Shown: positions 63,035 through 64,000 of the stretch, in pieces | Layout: each line of letters starts with the position of its first letter | Numbering within the stretch: the stretch's first letter is position 1 | Origin: Acidimicrobiia bacterium | Lineage (GTDB): Bacteria > Actinomycetota > Acidimicrobiia > Acidimicrobiales > JANYDT01 | Direction: 5' to 3' | NCBI GenBank assembly: GCA_031429095.1 | Contig: JANOYY010000013.1 | Span: 13,719-77,718 of the forward strand | DNA length: 64,000 bases | Made by a program: the position numbers and the translations under genes | Notes under the pieces: model-generated | The model's database searches: none | Told to the model about the DNA's origin: nothing | The model's input: the letters and a program-made list of their open reading frames with translations, nothing else

Positions 63035-64000
63035 ATGTCGATTTTCTTTAAGAAGACTCGTCAACAGGTCGATGGCTCACCCATGACCTCGTCCCTACTC
63101 GTTGACGACCCTGAGGGGCAGTCACCTGAGATCCTGAGCCGGACCGATTCGGTCGGTGAGCTTTTCGAGGAAGCCGAAGCGGCGCGTTCGCCCGAGTACA
63201 GTGGCCAAGAACCACTTTCGTCGACCTCGATTCCCCATTTCGGAACGCTTCATTTCGACGAGTCCGTAGCGGGCCTTTCATTTGCCGATGTCTCGGTGGT
63301 CCTCGTTGGCGATTTTCCTGTAGCGGTCCCGATCCCCCGATCTCTCGCCGAAACCTGCGGGTTCGTGGTCCTTGATGTCGAAGACGATGTGTTGCGCTCG
63401 ATCGGCGTTGTCGAGGTGATCGCCCAGCCGGAACCAGCCCCCTCGCGGGCCGTGCTGCCGACACACGAGCGAGCTCGCCTTTCCTCATCAGCTGGCGCGT
63501 TCCCCGCCGGCGACGCGTCGATTCCACCCCGCACTGCGTCCGAGGTCAGCGAAGAAATTGGTTCGGCCACCCTCGCTCCACTCGCACAACGGCCCATCGA
63601 CCTCGCCCCTGCCCCGCTAGCACTTCTTCGCGGTCTCGAAGCCGACGGCGATCAGCCAATTCACGCCGCCGAACCCATATGGGACAAGCTTGCTCGACGG
63701 AGCCCTGACCTTGCAGTGCCGTCGACGCCGTTTTCTGTGGAGCCTGATTTCGTCGCTGTTGATACTGATACGGCGTTGCCCGATGACGTCGAGGGATTGC
63801 AGTGCGTGGACGACATTGTCGACGTGGCGAGACCGTTCGCCACAAACATGGCCAAACGGGTCGACGTAGGTTTCGTCGACGCCCAGAGTTGGCCTGAAGT
63901 AGAGCGCCGACTGAGTGAGCGCAGTGAAACCTCGGCCGACAGTGGCGATTTCGACTGTCCAGGGGCTGGTGCCGTTGCATCGTCTGGCGTAGAGCAGGAT
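63035..64000 (+). CDS. Hypothetical acidic protein, 3' end runs off the window
   Basis: Not in the ORF track. My translation from the ATG at 63035 is open for all 322 codons to the window end (MSIFFKKTRQQVDGSPMTSSLLVDDPEGQ...). GC-rich third positions. No motif recognised. Confidence 0.45.
   Translation, partial: MSIFFKKTRQQVDGSPMTSSLLVDDPEGQSPEILSRTDSVGELFEEAEAARSPEYSGQEPLSSTSIPHFGTLHFDESVAGLSFADVSVVLVGDFPVAVPIPRSLAETCGFVVLDVEDDVLRSIGVVEVIAQPEPAPSRAVLPTHERARLSSSAGAFPAGDASIPPRTASEVSEEIGSATLAPLAQRPIDLAPAPLALLRGLEADGDQPIHAAEPIWDKLARRSPDLAVPSTPFSVEPDFVAVDTDTALPDDVEGLQCVDDIVDVARPFATNMAKRVDVGFVDAQSWPEVERRLSERSETSADSGDFDCPGAGAVASSGVEQD

Noticed and set aside
63048-63980. Minus-strand ORFs 63048..63527, 63250..63597 and 63546..63980
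   Set aside because: Their translations are Arg/Pro-rich and typical of non-coding frames in high-GC DNA. A single uninterrupted plus-strand frame explains the region better, although that call is itself only moderate confidence.
1-64000. Search for CRISPR arrays, tRNA/rRNA genes, transposases or integrases, and prophage or defence-island hallmarks
   Set aside because: I saw no repeat-spacer arrays. No intergenic stretch has tRNA-like cloverleaf features. No ORF has DDE, tyrosine or serine recombinase motifs. The HNH protein (9860..10372) is a stand-alone small nuclease with no partner genes suggesting a defence system.

Overview
High-GC bacterial chromosome segment. Gene content suggests Actinomycetota: SepF, DivIVA and a Bpa proteasome activator are present and ftsA is absent. 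An Acidimicrobiia-like lineage is only a guess. The window has three blocks. (1) 1-18.2 kb holds housekeeping and accessory genes: an IMPase (partial), a coupled Nudix-DinB pair, a MoxR/DUF58/transglutaminase operon, an acyl-CoA dehydrogenase, an HNH nuclease, an S33 peptidase, a DEAD-box helicase, Tpx, a VapBC toxin-antitoxin pair, a crotonase, a NadD-like gene and Pgl. (2) 18.5-44.3 kb is a co-directional division/cell-wall (dcw) supercluster: mraZ-rsmH-ftsL-ftsI-murE-murF-mraY-ftsW-murC-murB-ftsQ-ftsZ-pgeF-yggS-sepF-divIVA, then a Lys/Ala/Pro-rich DksA/TraR zinc-finger protein, lspA and rluD, then Rrf2 (opposite strand), bpa and dnaE. The order is non-canonical: murD and murG are missing and murB is present. 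Many junctions are 4-nt ATGA/GTGA overlaps, and several short in-frame tandem repeats sit in the divisome genes. (3) 44.3-64 kb is an accessory exopolysaccharide locus and the most unusual part. It carries Wzx/Wzy-type parts: a WbaP-like priming transferase, a flippase, an O-antigen-ligase/Wzy-like protein and a Wzz-like co-polymerase. It also carries a processive synthase-type GT2 with a QRERW motif, a P-loop-degenerate BY-kinase-like protein, a GH44-like lipoprotein, two hexapeptide acyltransferases, an SGNH hydrolase, an ACP + FkbH-like loading pair and several orphan ORFs. I saw no rRNA, tRNA, CRISPR array or transposase. All functional calls come from reading motifs in the supplied translations or my own translations. 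No database search was run.
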